Assembly: GCA_050117845.1 (NCBI GenBank)
Contig: JASFLY010000011.1
Span: 1 to 64,000, forward strand
DNA from: Candidatus Zixiibacteriota bacterium
GTDB lineage: Bacteria > RBG-13-66-14 > B26-G2 > WVWN01
Length of the DNA: 64,000 bases
Reading direction: 5' to 3'
Shown: piece after piece, positions 47,779 to 57,732 of the stretch
Numbering within the stretch: position 1 is the first letter of the stretch
Layout: each line of letters begins with the position of its first letter
Program-made: the position numbers and the translations under genes
The notes under the pieces: model-generated
The model's database searches: none
What the model was told of the DNA's origin: nothing
Seen by the model: the letters and a program-made list of their open reading frames with translations, nothing else

Positions 47779-48915
47779 ATGGCGGAAGAGCGTTGCCCGA
47801 GTTGTGGGACGCCATACGAATCCGGCGCTACTTTTTGCATAAATTGCGGCGCCAAGCGAGAAGCCCCGGCCGAAGAGCCGAAGGCTCCGGCTGAAGAGCC
47901 GAAAGCTCCCGAGGAACCCAAGGCTCCGGCCGAAGAACCAAAGGTTCCTCCTGAGAAACCGAAGGCCCCCTCCGAGGAACCGAAGGCTCCTCCCGAGAAA
48001 CCGAAAACCCCGGCCGAGGAGCCGCAGGCTCCTTCCGCAGAGCCCAAGGCCCCGGCCGAAGAGCCGAAGGCTCCGGCTGAAGAGCCGAAAGCTCCCGAGG
48101 AACCTAAGGCTCCGGCTGAAAAACCGAAGGCCCCCGCCGAACCGGCCAAGCCGCCTACGCCCCCGCCGACGGCCGAGAAGAAGGCCGCGCCGGCGCCGGA
48201 CAGCTCGGTGCTCGACCGGTTGGACCAGGAGCTGGACGAAGGGCCCGATACTCAGCCCAAGAAGAAAAGCAAGAAAGGCTGTTGTATCGTCGGGGCTATC
48301 GTCGCCGTGGTTGCGGTGCTGGCCGTAGTGTGTGTCGGCGGCCTTTACTACACAGGGTATCTGGAAGAATGGGGCGTAACGGTACCCGCCGGAGAAGGTT
48401 TCTCCAGCGATTTCGAGGCCGTGACCGATGCCGACTTCGCAGTATGGCAGACGGGGGAGGACGCCGTCGTCAAACCCGAGAACGGCATGCTCAAGGTCCG
48501 CAACAGCCTGGTAGGCGTCAACTACGACCCGGGGGCGAATTATGCGGCCACCTGTACCGTCTTCGTACAAAAGACGGACAACGATAACGGCTGGGCGGCG
48601 CTGGCGATGCGGGTTAATCCCAAGGGCGGCGACCGGTACTCCTTCGAAATCGTTCCGGGCAAGAAGACGGCGCGCATCCGGAAAATCCCGGCCAAGGGCA
48701 AACCGATAGTGCTTTCGGCCAATAAGGTGCCGGCGCTCGTGGTGGGCTCGCCCTTTACCGTGACGGCTTACGCTTCGGGCAGCGAGCTCTCGATGGAGAT
48801 AAGCGGGACGAACGTCGCCGCGGCGACCGACATCGGTTTGTTGCAGGGGCCAATGGGTTTCGAGGTCCGCGACGCGACCGCGTACTTCGACGACCTGACT
48901 ATAACGCCGCAGTAA
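47779..48915 (+). CDS. zinc-ribbon + Pro/Glu/Lys repeat + TM + extracytoplasmic beta-sandwich protein
   Basis: CPSCG...FCINCG; PAEEPKA repeats; one TM; C-terminal FDDLTI lectin/DUF1080-like end; GGAGGT RBS. Confidence 0.8.
   Translation: MAEERCPSCGTPYESGATFCINCGAKREAPAEEPKAPAEEPKAPEEPKAPAEEPKVPPEKPKAPSEEPKAPPEKPKTPAEEPQAPSAEPKAPAEEPKAPAEEPKAPEEPKAPAEKPKAPAEPAKPPTPPPTAEKKAAPAPDSSVLDRLDQELDEGPDTQPKKKSKKGCCIVGAIVAVVAVLAVVCVGGLYYTGYLEEWGVTVPAGEGFSSDFEAVTDADFAVWQTGEDAVVKPENGMLKVRNSLVGVNYDPGANYAATCTVFVQKTDNDNGWAALAMRVNPKGGDRYSFEIVPGKKTARIRKIPAKGKPIVLSANKVPALVVGSPFTVTAYASGSELSMEISGTNVAAATDIGLLQGPMGFEVRDATAYFDDLTITPQ
47863..48140 (+). repeat. coding tandem repeat, ~13 units of 18-21 nt (PAEEPKA)
   Basis: Includes a perfect 56-nt duplication starting at 47863 and 48049. 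Confidence 0.9.
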
Positions 48916-48948
48916 GTATCCGGGAACGACGATCCCGAGGAGGGTTTC

Positions 48949-49779
48949 TTGTATCCGGTTATCTGGAGAATAAGCGACACGATGGCCATCAAGTCGTACG
49001 GCGTCGCCATCGCCGTCGCGTTCGTGCTGGGAATACTGCTTACGGCGCGCCACGCGCGTAAGATAGGCCTCAAGTTCAACGACTTCGTGGACATGGGGTT
49101 CTGGGTTGTTATCATGGCCATCGTCGGGTCACGGGTGTTCTTCATCCTGTTTAACCTCCCGGCGTACATCGAACATCCGATAAACATATTAAAAATCTGG
49201 CACGGCGGCCTTATCTTCTACGGTGGCCTCTTCACCGCGGTCGTAACGGCCATAATATTTATGAAGCGCCGAGGGATACCGCCCTGGCTCGGCGGAGACC
49301 TCATCGCGCCGCAGATAGCTCTCGGTTACGCCATCACCCGGGTGGGGTGTTTCCTGAACGGGTGTTGCTACGGGAAACCGACCACGCTCCCGTGGGGCGT
49401 CAAGTTCGCCTCCGGGTCCGGCGCCGGGAACTTCATCACCAAGCTAGAGTTCATGGCGTTCTTTTCCGGTCAGCCGAATCCCGACATCCACCTCCATCCG
49501 GTGCAGCTCTACGCGGTCCTGGCGAACCTGGTAATTTTCGGGATCCTCCTGCTGGCGTGGCGACGCCGTAGTTTCGACGGCCAGATATTTTGGGGTTACC
49601 TGATACTGTATCCCATCTATCGTTTCGCGGTGGAATTCTGGCGGGGCGATAACGAGGCTATTTTCCTGTCCCTCACCACCCCTCAGATTATGAGTATCGT
49701 TCTCTTCGGGTGCGCGCTGGCGGCCTGGCTCAACCTCCGGAGACGGGGCGTATATACCAAACCGACCGGGGGCCGGTAG
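48949..49779 (+). CDS. lgt: prolipoprotein diacylglyceryl transferase
   Basis: SYG, IWHGGLIFYGG, RVGCFLNGCCYG, HPVQLY, RFAVEFWRGD. Confidence 0.95.
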   Translation: MYPVIWRISDTMAIKSYGVAIAVAFVLGILLTARHARKIGLKFNDFVDMGFWVVIMAIVGSRVFFILFNLPAYIEHPINILKIWHGGLIFYGGLFTAVVTAIIFMKRRGIPPWLGGDLIAPQIALGYAITRVGCFLNGCCYGKPTTLPWGVKFASGSGAGNFITKLEFMAFFSGQPNPDIHLHPVQLYAVLANLVIFGILLLAWRRRSFDGQIFWGYLILYPIYRFAVEFWRGDNEAIFLSLTTPQIMSIVLFGCALAAWLNLRRRGVYTKPTGGR

Positions 49780-51077
49780 TGGCCGAGGTGCGCGTCTGGA
49801 TAACGGAACTGGCCGGCCACGTCGGCGAAGACGTGGCCGTGGCCGGATGGGTTTACAATTTCCGCAGCAGCGGGAAGATCTCCTTTTTACAATTACGCGA
49901 CGGCAGCGGCCGCGTTCAGGCCGTCTGCGCCGCGGACGACGTCCCGGCCGAAGTCTTCGCCCGTTGCGCCGAACTCACCATCGAATCGTCGGTGCGGATA
50001 ACCGGCGCCGTGCGCGAGGACAAACGGGCGCCCGGCGGCGTCGAACTCCTGGTCCGCGACCTCGAAATTATTTCCATCGCCCAAGAGTACCCTATTCAGA
50101 AGAAAGAGCACGGCGTCGACTTCCTGTTGGATCACCGTCACCTGTGGCTACGCCAGAGCCGACAGGAAGCCATAATGAAGGTGCGTTCGACGATCGAGCA
50201 CGCCATAGGCCGCTTTTTCGACGAGCGGAATTTCGTACGCGTCGACCCGCCTATACTGACGCCGACCTCCTGCGAAGGCACGACGACGCTCTTTCAGACG
50301 GACTATTTCGGCACGCCCGCCTACCTGAGTCAGAGCGGCCAGTTGTACAACGAGGCGGCCGCGGCGGCCCTGGGCCGGGTGTACAGCGCCGGCCCCACCT
50401 TCCGCGCCGAGAAGTCTAAGACCCGACGGCACGTCATGGAATTCTGGATGGTCGAGCCGGAGGTAGCCTTCCTGGACCACGAGGGCAACGTCGCCCTGGC
50501 CGAGGATTTTATAACCTATATAATCGGCGCCGTTCTGGAAGAGCGGCGGCCCGAACTCGAACTCCTGGAACGGGACGTGGCCGCGCTCGAGCGCATCGGC
50601 GCTCCCTTCCCGCGCGTCACGTACGCCGAGGCCTTCGATATGCTCAAGGCCAAGGGGCTCGACGTATCGCCGGGCGAGGACCTGGGCGGCGACGAGCAGA
50701 CGGCGCTGGCGGAAGATTTCGACGTACCGTTCATCGTGGAGAAGTTCCCGTTGGACGCCAAGGCGTTTTACATGTTGCGTTGCGAGGACGACCCGGAACT
50801 AACTTATTCGATGGACGTCTTCGCGCCCGAGGGCTACGGCGAAATAATCGGCGGTTCGTGCCGCGAGAACGACCTGAATAAACTGCTGGAAAACATAGCC
50901 GCCCACGGCTTGCCGCTCGAGCCGTTGGAGTGGTACCTGGACCTCCGGCGCTACGGCGGCGTTTCTACCGCCGGATTCGGCCTGGGCCTGGGCCGGACCG
51001 TCACGTGGATATGCGGCCTGAAGCATATCCGTGAGGCCATACCTTTCCCCCGGATGCTCAATCGTTTGCGTCCCTGA
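49779..51077 (+). CDS. asnS: asparagine--tRNA ligase
   Basis: OB fold (FLQLRDGSG), CEGTTTLF, YLSQSGQLY, FRAEKSKTRRH..EFWMVEPE, PEGYGEIIGGS, IPFPR; GTG overlaps the lgt stop. Confidence 0.93.
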   Translation: MAEVRVWITELAGHVGEDVAVAGWVYNFRSSGKISFLQLRDGSGRVQAVCAADDVPAEVFARCAELTIESSVRITGAVREDKRAPGGVELLVRDLEIISIAQEYPIQKKEHGVDFLLDHRHLWLRQSRQEAIMKVRSTIEHAIGRFFDERNFVRVDPPILTPTSCEGTTTLFQTDYFGTPAYLSQSGQLYNEAAAAALGRVYSAGPTFRAEKSKTRRHVMEFWMVEPEVAFLDHEGNVALAEDFITYIIGAVLEERRPELELLERDVAALERIGAPFPRVTYAEAFDMLKAKGLDVSPGEDLGGDEQTALAEDFDVPFIVEKFPLDAKAFYMLRCEDDPELTYSMDVFAPEGYGEIIGGSCRENDLNKLLENIAAHGLPLEPLEWYLDLRRYGGVSTAGFGLGLGRTVTWICGLKHIREAIPFPRMLNRLRP

Positions 51078-51092
51078 CCTGACGAGCTAACT

Positions 51093-52877
51093 TTGAATAC
51101 CGACGACGAATGCCCAAGTAGCTGGCCCGTTAAGTGCGGCCGCCTTTTCTACCGACTAACCGGACACCGCCACTTCGGCCCGATTATTCTGGCCGTTTTT
51201 ATCGGCGCGATTACGGGCGGCGCGGCCATTGTGTTCCGCGAACTTATTACGTTTTTCAACGTAATCCTTCTGGAACGGGCCTGGGGGTGGGCCGAGGCCA
51301 ATCTGCCGTACGGAAGAGCCGCCCTCCCGATAATCACCGGGGGAGGCGGCCTCGTCGTAGGTCTCTTGACGCACTTCTTCGCCCGGGAGGCCAAGGGGCA
51401 CGGCGTGCCGGAGGTCATGGCCGCGGTCGCCGTTCGCGGCGGCATCATCAGGCCGCGGGTGGCTCTCGTCAAAGCGATTGCCTCATCCATATGTATAGGG
51501 TCCGGCGGGTCGGCGGGCCGGGAGGGGCCCATCGTACAGATAGGCTCGAGTATCGGCAGCGCCGTGGGACAGGCTCTCCACCTCTCGGGTCAACGGGTCC
51601 GCACGCTCGTAGGTTGTGGCGCCGCCGCCGGCATCGCCGCCACTTTCAATGCGCCTATCGCGGGCGCGTTGTTCTCGCTCGAGGTCATCCTCGGCGATTT
51701 CGCGTTCTCTAATTTCGCGCCGGTCGTAATTTCGTCGGTCGTGGGAGCCGAGGTGGGGCGATGGTATTTCGGTAATACTCCCTCGCTAACGGTCCTCCAT
51801 TTCCAATTACGTTCCGTCGCCGAATTTCCCCTCTACGCCGTCCTGGGTATCATCGCCGGGTTCGCCGGGCTTTTGTTCACCCGGTTCCTTTACGCTCAGG
51901 AGGACCTTTACGATAAAGTGCTTCGGCGCATACCCGGGCCGATTAAAGCGATGATAGGCGGCGCTTTGGTCGGGGGCCTAGGGATATTTCTCCCGGAGAT
52001 ATTGGGTACGGGTTACGAGCCGATAGACCACGCGGTCAGCGGCCTGTATCCGTTAATATTCCTCTTGCTATTATTCGCGGGGAAACTCTTCGCCACGACC
52101 AGTACGCTCGGTTCGGGTGGCTCCGGCGGCATATTCGCGCCGTCGCTGTTTATGGGTGCGGTGCTGGGTAGCGCCTTCGGTTTGGCGGCCCGGGGAATCT
52201 TCCCGGGGTTCACGGCCCAACCCGGGGCGTACGCGCTCGTCGGGATGGGGGCCATGGTGGCGAGCGCAACGTACGCGCCGCTCACGGCGGTCGTTATATT
52301 ATTCGAGATGACGGATAATTACACGATCGTCCTGCCGCTTATGTTGGCGTGTGTCGTGGCGATGTTCGTGGCCCGGCGCGTCAGCGACTTGTCGATTTAT
52401 ACGACTAAGATACGCCGGGCGGGGATCAATTTGCGCGAGGGCAAGGACGTCGACATCTTAAAGGCTATTAACGCCCGCGACGTAATGCGAACGGAGTACG
52501 AAACGATATACGGCGGTATGTTGTTCGACCAGCTAATAAGCTTCGTCCGGGAAGCCCGACAGAACTCCTTTCCCGTGGTTGACGGCGAAGGCCGATTGGT
52601 CGGCGTGATATCGACCACTATCTTGCGGCGTTGGATAAACGAGCCCTCGTTTTCCAATTTGGTCGTGGCGGAAGAACTGGCGAAGCGAAACGTCGTGACG
52701 GTTAAGGAAACGGAAACGTTATATACCGTTTGGGATAAATTCGAGCGGCTGGACGTGGAGAGTTTGCCGGTCGTCAGCCCCGACGATCCGGGGCTACTCG
52801 TTGGCCTGCTTTTCCGGGAGGACGCCTACGCGGCGTACACCGGCGAAACCGTGGGAGCGTGGGCCGACTCCCGATAA
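51093..52877 (+). CDS. ClC chloride channel/antiporter with CBS domains
   Basis: GHGVPE, GREGP, FNAP, GGIFAP, APLT; C-terminal CBS pair. Confidence 0.92.
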   Translation: MNTDDECPSSWPVKCGRLFYRLTGHRHFGPIILAVFIGAITGGAAIVFRELITFFNVILLERAWGWAEANLPYGRAALPIITGGGGLVVGLLTHFFAREAKGHGVPEVMAAVAVRGGIIRPRVALVKAIASSICIGSGGSAGREGPIVQIGSSIGSAVGQALHLSGQRVRTLVGCGAAAGIAATFNAPIAGALFSLEVILGDFAFSNFAPVVISSVVGAEVGRWYFGNTPSLTVLHFQLRSVAEFPLYAVLGIIAGFAGLLFTRFLYAQEDLYDKVLRRIPGPIKAMIGGALVGGLGIFLPEILGTGYEPIDHAVSGLYPLIFLLLLFAGKLFATTSTLGSGGSGGIFAPSLFMGAVLGSAFGLAARGIFPGFTAQPGAYALVGMGAMVASATYAPLTAVVILFEMTDNYTIVLPLMLACVVAMFVARRVSDLSIYTTKIRRAGINLREGKDVDILKAINARDVMRTEYETIYGGMLFDQLISFVREARQNSFPVVDGEGRLVGVISTTILRRWINEPSFSNLVVAEELAKRNVVTVKETETLYTVWDKFERLDVESLPVVSPDDPGLLVGLLFREDAYAAYTGETVGAWADSR

Positions 52878-52894
52878 GGGGTCGGCGGAGGACG

Positions 52895-54115
52895 TTGAGT
52901 GATCTCGGCATAGCCTTACTGCTCGCGGCGTCGCTTTTGGCGAGCGCGTTTTTCTCGATGGCCGAAAGCGCGCTTTTCTCGCTGGGGAACGTACGTCTTC
53001 GCCGGATGAAACTCCGCCGGGCGTTGACCGCGCCGCTGGTGCGGTCCCTTCTGGCCCGGCCTCGCCGTCTTCTCGTAACCATCGTAATCGGTAATATGTT
53101 CGCGCTGGCCGCCGCGACCTCGCTCGCGACGACGCTCGGCGTGCGCGTCCATCCGTTGTACGGGCCGGCGGTAGCGGCCGTGGCGATGACACTCGCGATT
53201 TTCGTCTTCGCCGAAACTCTTCCCAAGACGCTGGGCGTCGCTTGGCCGGAACGGGGCGCGGCCCTCACTTCCCCTTTCATAAAATTCATATTCTGGGTTT
53301 TCTACCCGCTCAATCGGGCGGCGGTGGCGCTCACGGACTACCTCGCCACCCGGCCGCCGCGGCAGAGCCTCGAGCCGGGCGTGGAGGATATTTACGGCCT
53401 CTTGCGAGAGAGCGAGGCCGAAGGGGTTCTCGACGACGTAGAGCGCGAAATGATCGAGCGGGTCGTCGCCCTGGCCGACCGGACGGCCGGCGAAATCGCC
53501 ACTCCCCGCACGAAGATATACGCCCTGCCGGAGGACGCCGATTTCCGAGAGGCCGCGGCCGAGGTCGCGGATTCGCCGTTCGCCCGGATCCCCGTGTATC
53601 GGGATTCGCTAGAGAACGTCGTCGGCATTCTTTACGTCAAAGATATGCTCCTCGCCGGGGAAGAACCGCCCCGGACCCTGGGGGACGTGGTCCGGCCGCC
53701 CCATTTCGTTACCGACAGCCAACCCGCCGTCAATCTCTTCATAGATTTCATTAGGAATCGGACTCATATCGCGCTCGTGGTGGACGAGTACGGCGCCCTC
53801 GACGGCCTGGTCACCATGACGGACATGCTTCGCGAAATCGTCGGCGGCCCGGCCGAGCCGGTACGTTACCTGGGGGCCCGGCGCTTCGTAATCGCCGCGG
53901 ACGCCGACCTCGAGGACTTCAACGACTACGCCGGCACCAACCTCCGGGACGAGGAGGCCGAGACCATCGGCGGGTACCTGTTGAACCGGCTGGGTCATAT
54001 ACCGGCGACGGGGGAGTCGTACCGGGAGGCCAATCTGCTGTTTACGGTGGAGGCGGCGGAACCCCACCGGATAACCGACGTTCGGGTCGAGAAACTGGCG
54101 GGGGAGGAACCGTAA
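52895..54115 (+). CDS. CNNM/CorC (DUF21-CBS-CorC) hemolysin-family protein
   Basis: SAFFSMAESA, AETLPKT, ARIPVY, VVDEYG, ETIGG. Confidence 0.9.
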   Translation: MSDLGIALLLAASLLASAFFSMAESALFSLGNVRLRRMKLRRALTAPLVRSLLARPRRLLVTIVIGNMFALAAATSLATTLGVRVHPLYGPAVAAVAMTLAIFVFAETLPKTLGVAWPERGAALTSPFIKFIFWVFYPLNRAAVALTDYLATRPPRQSLEPGVEDIYGLLRESEAEGVLDDVEREMIERVVALADRTAGEIATPRTKIYALPEDADFREAAAEVADSPFARIPVYRDSLENVVGILYVKDMLLAGEEPPRTLGDVVRPPHFVTDSQPAVNLFIDFIRNRTHIALVVDEYGALDGLVTMTDMLREIVGGPAEPVRYLGARRFVIAADADLEDFNDYAGTNLRDEEAETIGGYLLNRLGHIPATGESYREANLLFTVEAAEPHRITDVRVEKLAGEEP

Positions 54116-55354
54116 GTGGACGTCCTTTATATACTGGTCGCGCTTGCGCTGGTCTTCTCGGCCGGATTCTTCTCGTCGGCCGAGACGGCGGTCCTGGCGG
54201 CCAACCGGATGCGCTTGCGGCACCTGGCGGCCACCGGCGACCGCCGGGCGGCTCGTGTTCTGTCCTTTCTCGACAAGCCGGACACCTTCCTGACCTCCAT
54301 CCTCTTCGGCAACAACGTCTCGCTCGTTATCGCGACGTCGCTTCTGACGGTGGCGGCCGAGCGTTATTCCGGGGAAGCCGCGGGGGTGCTCGCCGCCACG
54401 GTCGTCATGACGGTGCTGTTGACGTTGTTCTCCGAGATAATACCCAAGTCGATAGTGCTCGAGGACGCGGATTATTTCGCGATGTCTTTCGCCCCGGCCG
54501 TAAACGTATTGGACAAAATCTTCAAGCCGGTGGTATGGGGGGTGAACGTCGTCGCCGGAGGCCTGCTCGGCTTCGTCCGCGTACGGGCGGAACGTTTGCC
54601 CTTCGCCTCTCGGGAGGAGTTGCGGGCCATCCTCACGGCTCGGGGGCCCCGCACCCGGACGGAGGTACTGCAACGCCGTATCATCCGCCGGATATTCGGT
54701 TTCGGCGAAACGACGGTGGAGCAGGTTATGGTCCCGCTGGCCGACGTTATTTCCTTTCCGGAGACGGCGACCAAGGCCGACGTCGTGGCCGCGCTCGCGG
54801 ACAGCGGATACTCCAAATACCCGGTTTACCGTGACGCCCCGGAGAACGTCGTCGGTGTCGTGGTGGCGCGCGACCTAATAACGTCGACGGCCGACACCTC
54901 CGTCAAATCCTATTTGTGGAGGCCGGTATACGTCTCGCCCGATGACAGCGTGGAGGACCTTCTCCCGCGCCTGGCCCCCCGGCGGATAGACATGGCCGTG
55001 GCCCGCGACGAGGCCGGCGCGGCCGTCGGGATTCTGACCCAGGAGGACATCGTCGAGGAGATAGTGGGGGAGATAGAGGACGAATACGACTGGGGGGCCG
55101 CGGGCCTGATTCGCCACGGCGAAGGGTACACCGCCGACGCCCGCGTCACGATAAACTATTTCAACGAACGGATGCCGGCGCCGCTGCCGGCCGGCGATTA
55201 CATTACGCTCGGCGGCTTCCTCACGTCGCGGTTGGGGAGAGTCCCCTCGTCCGGCGAAGAATACGTTTGGCCGCCGTACCGTTTTCGGGTCCTGCGGGCT
55301 ACCCCCCGGGCCGCCAGACTCGTCGGCATCGAGGTCGATAAACCCGCGGCCTGA
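54116..55354 (+). CDS. CNNM/CorC (DUF21-CBS-CorC) hemolysin-family protein, paralog 2
   Basis: GFFSSAETA, SEIIPKS, SKYPVY, EDIVEEIVGEIEDEYD, TLGG. Confidence 0.9.
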   Translation: MDVLYILVALALVFSAGFFSSAETAVLAANRMRLRHLAATGDRRAARVLSFLDKPDTFLTSILFGNNVSLVIATSLLTVAAERYSGEAAGVLAATVVMTVLLTLFSEIIPKSIVLEDADYFAMSFAPAVNVLDKIFKPVVWGVNVVAGGLLGFVRVRAERLPFASREELRAILTARGPRTRTEVLQRRIIRRIFGFGETTVEQVMVPLADVISFPETATKADVVAALADSGYSKYPVYRDAPENVVGVVVARDLITSTADTSVKSYLWRPVYVSPDDSVEDLLPRLAPRRIDMAVARDEAGAAVGILTQEDIVEEIVGEIEDEYDWGAAGLIRHGEGYTADARVTINYFNERMPAPLPAGDYITLGGFLTSRLGRVPSSGEEYVWPPYRFRVLRATPRAARLVGIEVDKPAA

Positions 55355-55420
55355 TCGCCCGCTATAAGGGGTTGCGAAAGGTCGCGGGCGACGTTATACT
55401 CCTCCGGATAAGGTAATAAT

Positions 55421-56611
55421 ATGGCATTCAAAGGCGATCTCGAAACCCTTAACCTCCCGGATATCCTGCAGCTGTTGAGCACCGCCCGGAAGACCGGCGC
55501 GCTGTCCATCCGCCGGGGCGCCGAGGAGAAGCGGCTTTATTTCCGGGAAGGGATGCTGGTATACGCGTCGAGCACCGATGAACGCGAGAAGCTCGGCAGC
55601 GTGCTCGTGCGGGAAGGTTATGTCGACGCTTCCGCGGTGGAGCGGGTCCGCATGTCCCAGGACCAGTCGGGCCGGCCCTTCGGCCTGTGCCTTCTGGAGC
55701 ACGGCCTCTTGCCCCACGAACGGCTCGTTAGCGGCCTCAAGACCCAGGGCCGGATGATCATAACGAACCTCTTCCAGTGGTGGGGCGGCCACTTCGAATT
55801 CCGGGAGGGGGAGCAGGGGTGGCCGGAGGAAATTTCCGTCGGCTTCGACATCCAGGCCATAATAATGGACGCGGCCGCGGCGGTCGACGAGTGGAACCGC
55901 ATCAAGGGGATGCTGCCGGACCTCGACGTCGTACTCGAAATAGTCCCCGCGCCGGCGAAGGGAAAGGGCGCGGTGAAGTTCGACGACGACGAGTGGCACA
56001 TCCTGTCGCTTGTCAACGGCCGGCGCTCGGTCGTCGACATAGCCGCGACGAGCAATCTCTCCGACATCGAGACCTGCGCGGTGGTCTGCCGCCTGCTGGA
56101 GAACGGCATTATCCGTTCGACGGGAGTCAAGGCGAAGACGGAAGCCGCCGCCGCCGACACCTCGGGCGCCGCGGCGCTGCTGGAGATATACAACGAACTA
56201 TTCGCCCAGGTGACCTTCGCCGTATCCGAGGACGCGGGGGAGGACGCCGTGCGCGGACTTAGCGAGGCCGCCGCGGCGCGTTGCGATACGTTCCCGCTCC
56301 TGCGTGGGGCTTGGCATACAGCCAAGGGTGTTTTGAACAAGGGCGTGGTGCTCGAGAACCTCCTGGCCTTCGACCCCGAGTCGCGCAACGACGAACTCGC
56401 CGCCGGCCTGTTCGAACTCTTCCGGTACGAGTTATCGTTAACCGCGGAGGTCCTTAGCCGGCCGCGCCAGGCCGCGCTCATTCAGGACCTCCAGCCGCTG
56501 GCGGCGCTCCTTTTAAAGAAGCACGACTCGGCGCTGGTCGACGTGGGCGTGCGGCGCGTACTCAACCGCTTCCTCTCGCCGACGGAAGTATCTTATGCGG
56601 AACGGAAATAA
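55421..56611 (+). CDS. DUF4388 domain protein
   Basis: MAFKGDLETLNLPDILQLL...KTGAL...LYFREG; KLGSVLV motif; W.GGHFEF; EWHILSLVNGRRSV. Confidence 0.85.
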   Translation: MAFKGDLETLNLPDILQLLSTARKTGALSIRRGAEEKRLYFREGMLVYASSTDEREKLGSVLVREGYVDASAVERVRMSQDQSGRPFGLCLLEHGLLPHERLVSGLKTQGRMIITNLFQWWGGHFEFREGEQGWPEEISVGFDIQAIIMDAAAAVDEWNRIKGMLPDLDVVLEIVPAPAKGKGAVKFDDDEWHILSLVNGRRSVVDIAATSNLSDIETCAVVCRLLENGIIRSTGVKAKTEAAAADTSGAAALLEIYNELFAQVTFAVSEDAGEDAVRGLSEAAAARCDTFPLLRGAWHTAKGVLNKGVVLENLLAFDPESRNDELAAGLFELFRYELSLTAEVLSRPRQAALIQDLQPLAALLLKKHDSALVDVGVRRVLNRFLSPTEVSYAERK

Positions 56612-57731
56612 CGGAAACGGCGACAGCCCCCACGCCGGCCTGGCCGAGAAACGGCTCCGCACGCTGGTGGAGATATCCCGGTCCTTCTCGGACGAGAGTG
56701 AGCTTTCGGCGCTGCTCGCGCTCGTGGCGCGGCGGACATCCGAGGCCGTGGGTGTGGAGCGGTCGTCGGTCTGGCTGCACGATCGCGAGAAGCGCGAGGT
56801 ATGGACCGTCGTCGCGGAGGGCGAACTCCGCGAGATACGGATGGCGGAGGACGCCGGCGTGGCCGGATGGGTTGCCATGACGGGCGAGGCGACCGTCGTG
56901 GAGGACGTGACGCAGGACCCCCGGTGGAACAAGGACGTGGACCGCCGTACCGGCTATACGACCCGGAACATGTTGTGTGTGGCCATGATCAATCCCGGCG
57001 GAGAGCGCATCGGCGTCTTCCAGTGCATTAATAAAACCGACGGAGGTTTCGCGCCGGACGACGTGAAGTTCCTGGAGGCCATCGCGACGCAGGCCGCCGT
57101 CTACATCCAGTACGCCCGTCTGCTCGAGGCCCGCAAGAGGATGCTCGACAGTTTCCTCGACACGCTGGCCGAGACGATCGAGTCGCGGGACCCGCTTACG
57201 GCCGGCCACAGCCGGGGCGTGATGCGCTACGCCGTGGGAACGGCCAAGAAGCTTGGCTTCCCCTCCGACGAAATCGAGGTCGTCCGCTACGCCGCGTTGC
57301 TGCACGACTACGGGAAGATCGGCGTACCGGACGAGATCCTGCGCAAGCCGACCACGCTGACGCCGGCCGAGTACGAGGTCATAAAAAAACACGTTCTCTA
57401 TACCCAACAGATATTGATGCGTATCAGCTTCGAGGACCGGCTGCGCGAGGTGCCGGTCGTCGCGGCGCATCACCACGAGCGCTTGGACGGTTCGGGTTAT
57501 CCGAACGGCCTCAAGGGTGACGAGATATCGCCGGGCGGTCGCATTATAGCCGTGGCCGACGTCTTCGACGCCGTTACGTCACGGCGACATTACCGCGGTC
57601 CCATGACCGTTCCCCAGGCCGTGAGCCTTCTTGAGGACGGCGCCGGCGACCAGTTCGACCGCGACGTTTTCGAAGCGTTCAAACGCCTCCTCATCGAAGA
57701 GGGGCGCCTCGAAGCCGGGGCGTTCGATTAA
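56595..57731 (+). CDS. GAF + HD-GYP cyclic-dinucleotide phosphodiesterase
   Basis: GAF (DRRTGYTTRNML...NK...F...D); TAGHS, LLHDYGKIG, HHERLDGSGYP, VADVFDA. Confidence 0.93.
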   Translation: MRNGNNGNGDSPHAGLAEKRLRTLVEISRSFSDESELSALLALVARRTSEAVGVERSSVWLHDREKREVWTVVAEGELREIRMAEDAGVAGWVAMTGEATVVEDVTQDPRWNKDVDRRTGYTTRNMLCVAMINPGGERIGVFQCINKTDGGFAPDDVKFLEAIATQAAVYIQYARLLEARKRMLDSFLDTLAETIESRDPLTAGHSRGVMRYAVGTAKKLGFPSDEIEVVRYAALLHDYGKIGVPDEILRKPTTLTPAEYEVIKKHVLYTQQILMRISFEDRLREVPVVAAHHHERLDGSGYPNGLKGDEISPGGRIIAVADVFDAVTSRRHYRGPMTVPQAVSLLEDGAGDQFDRDVFEAFKRLLIEEGRLEAGAFD

Positions 57732-57732
57732 A

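Noticed and set aside
47863..48140. Possible CRISPR-like or non-coding repeat array
   Set aside because: In-frame coding repeats with synonymous variation, no unique spacers and no cas genes.
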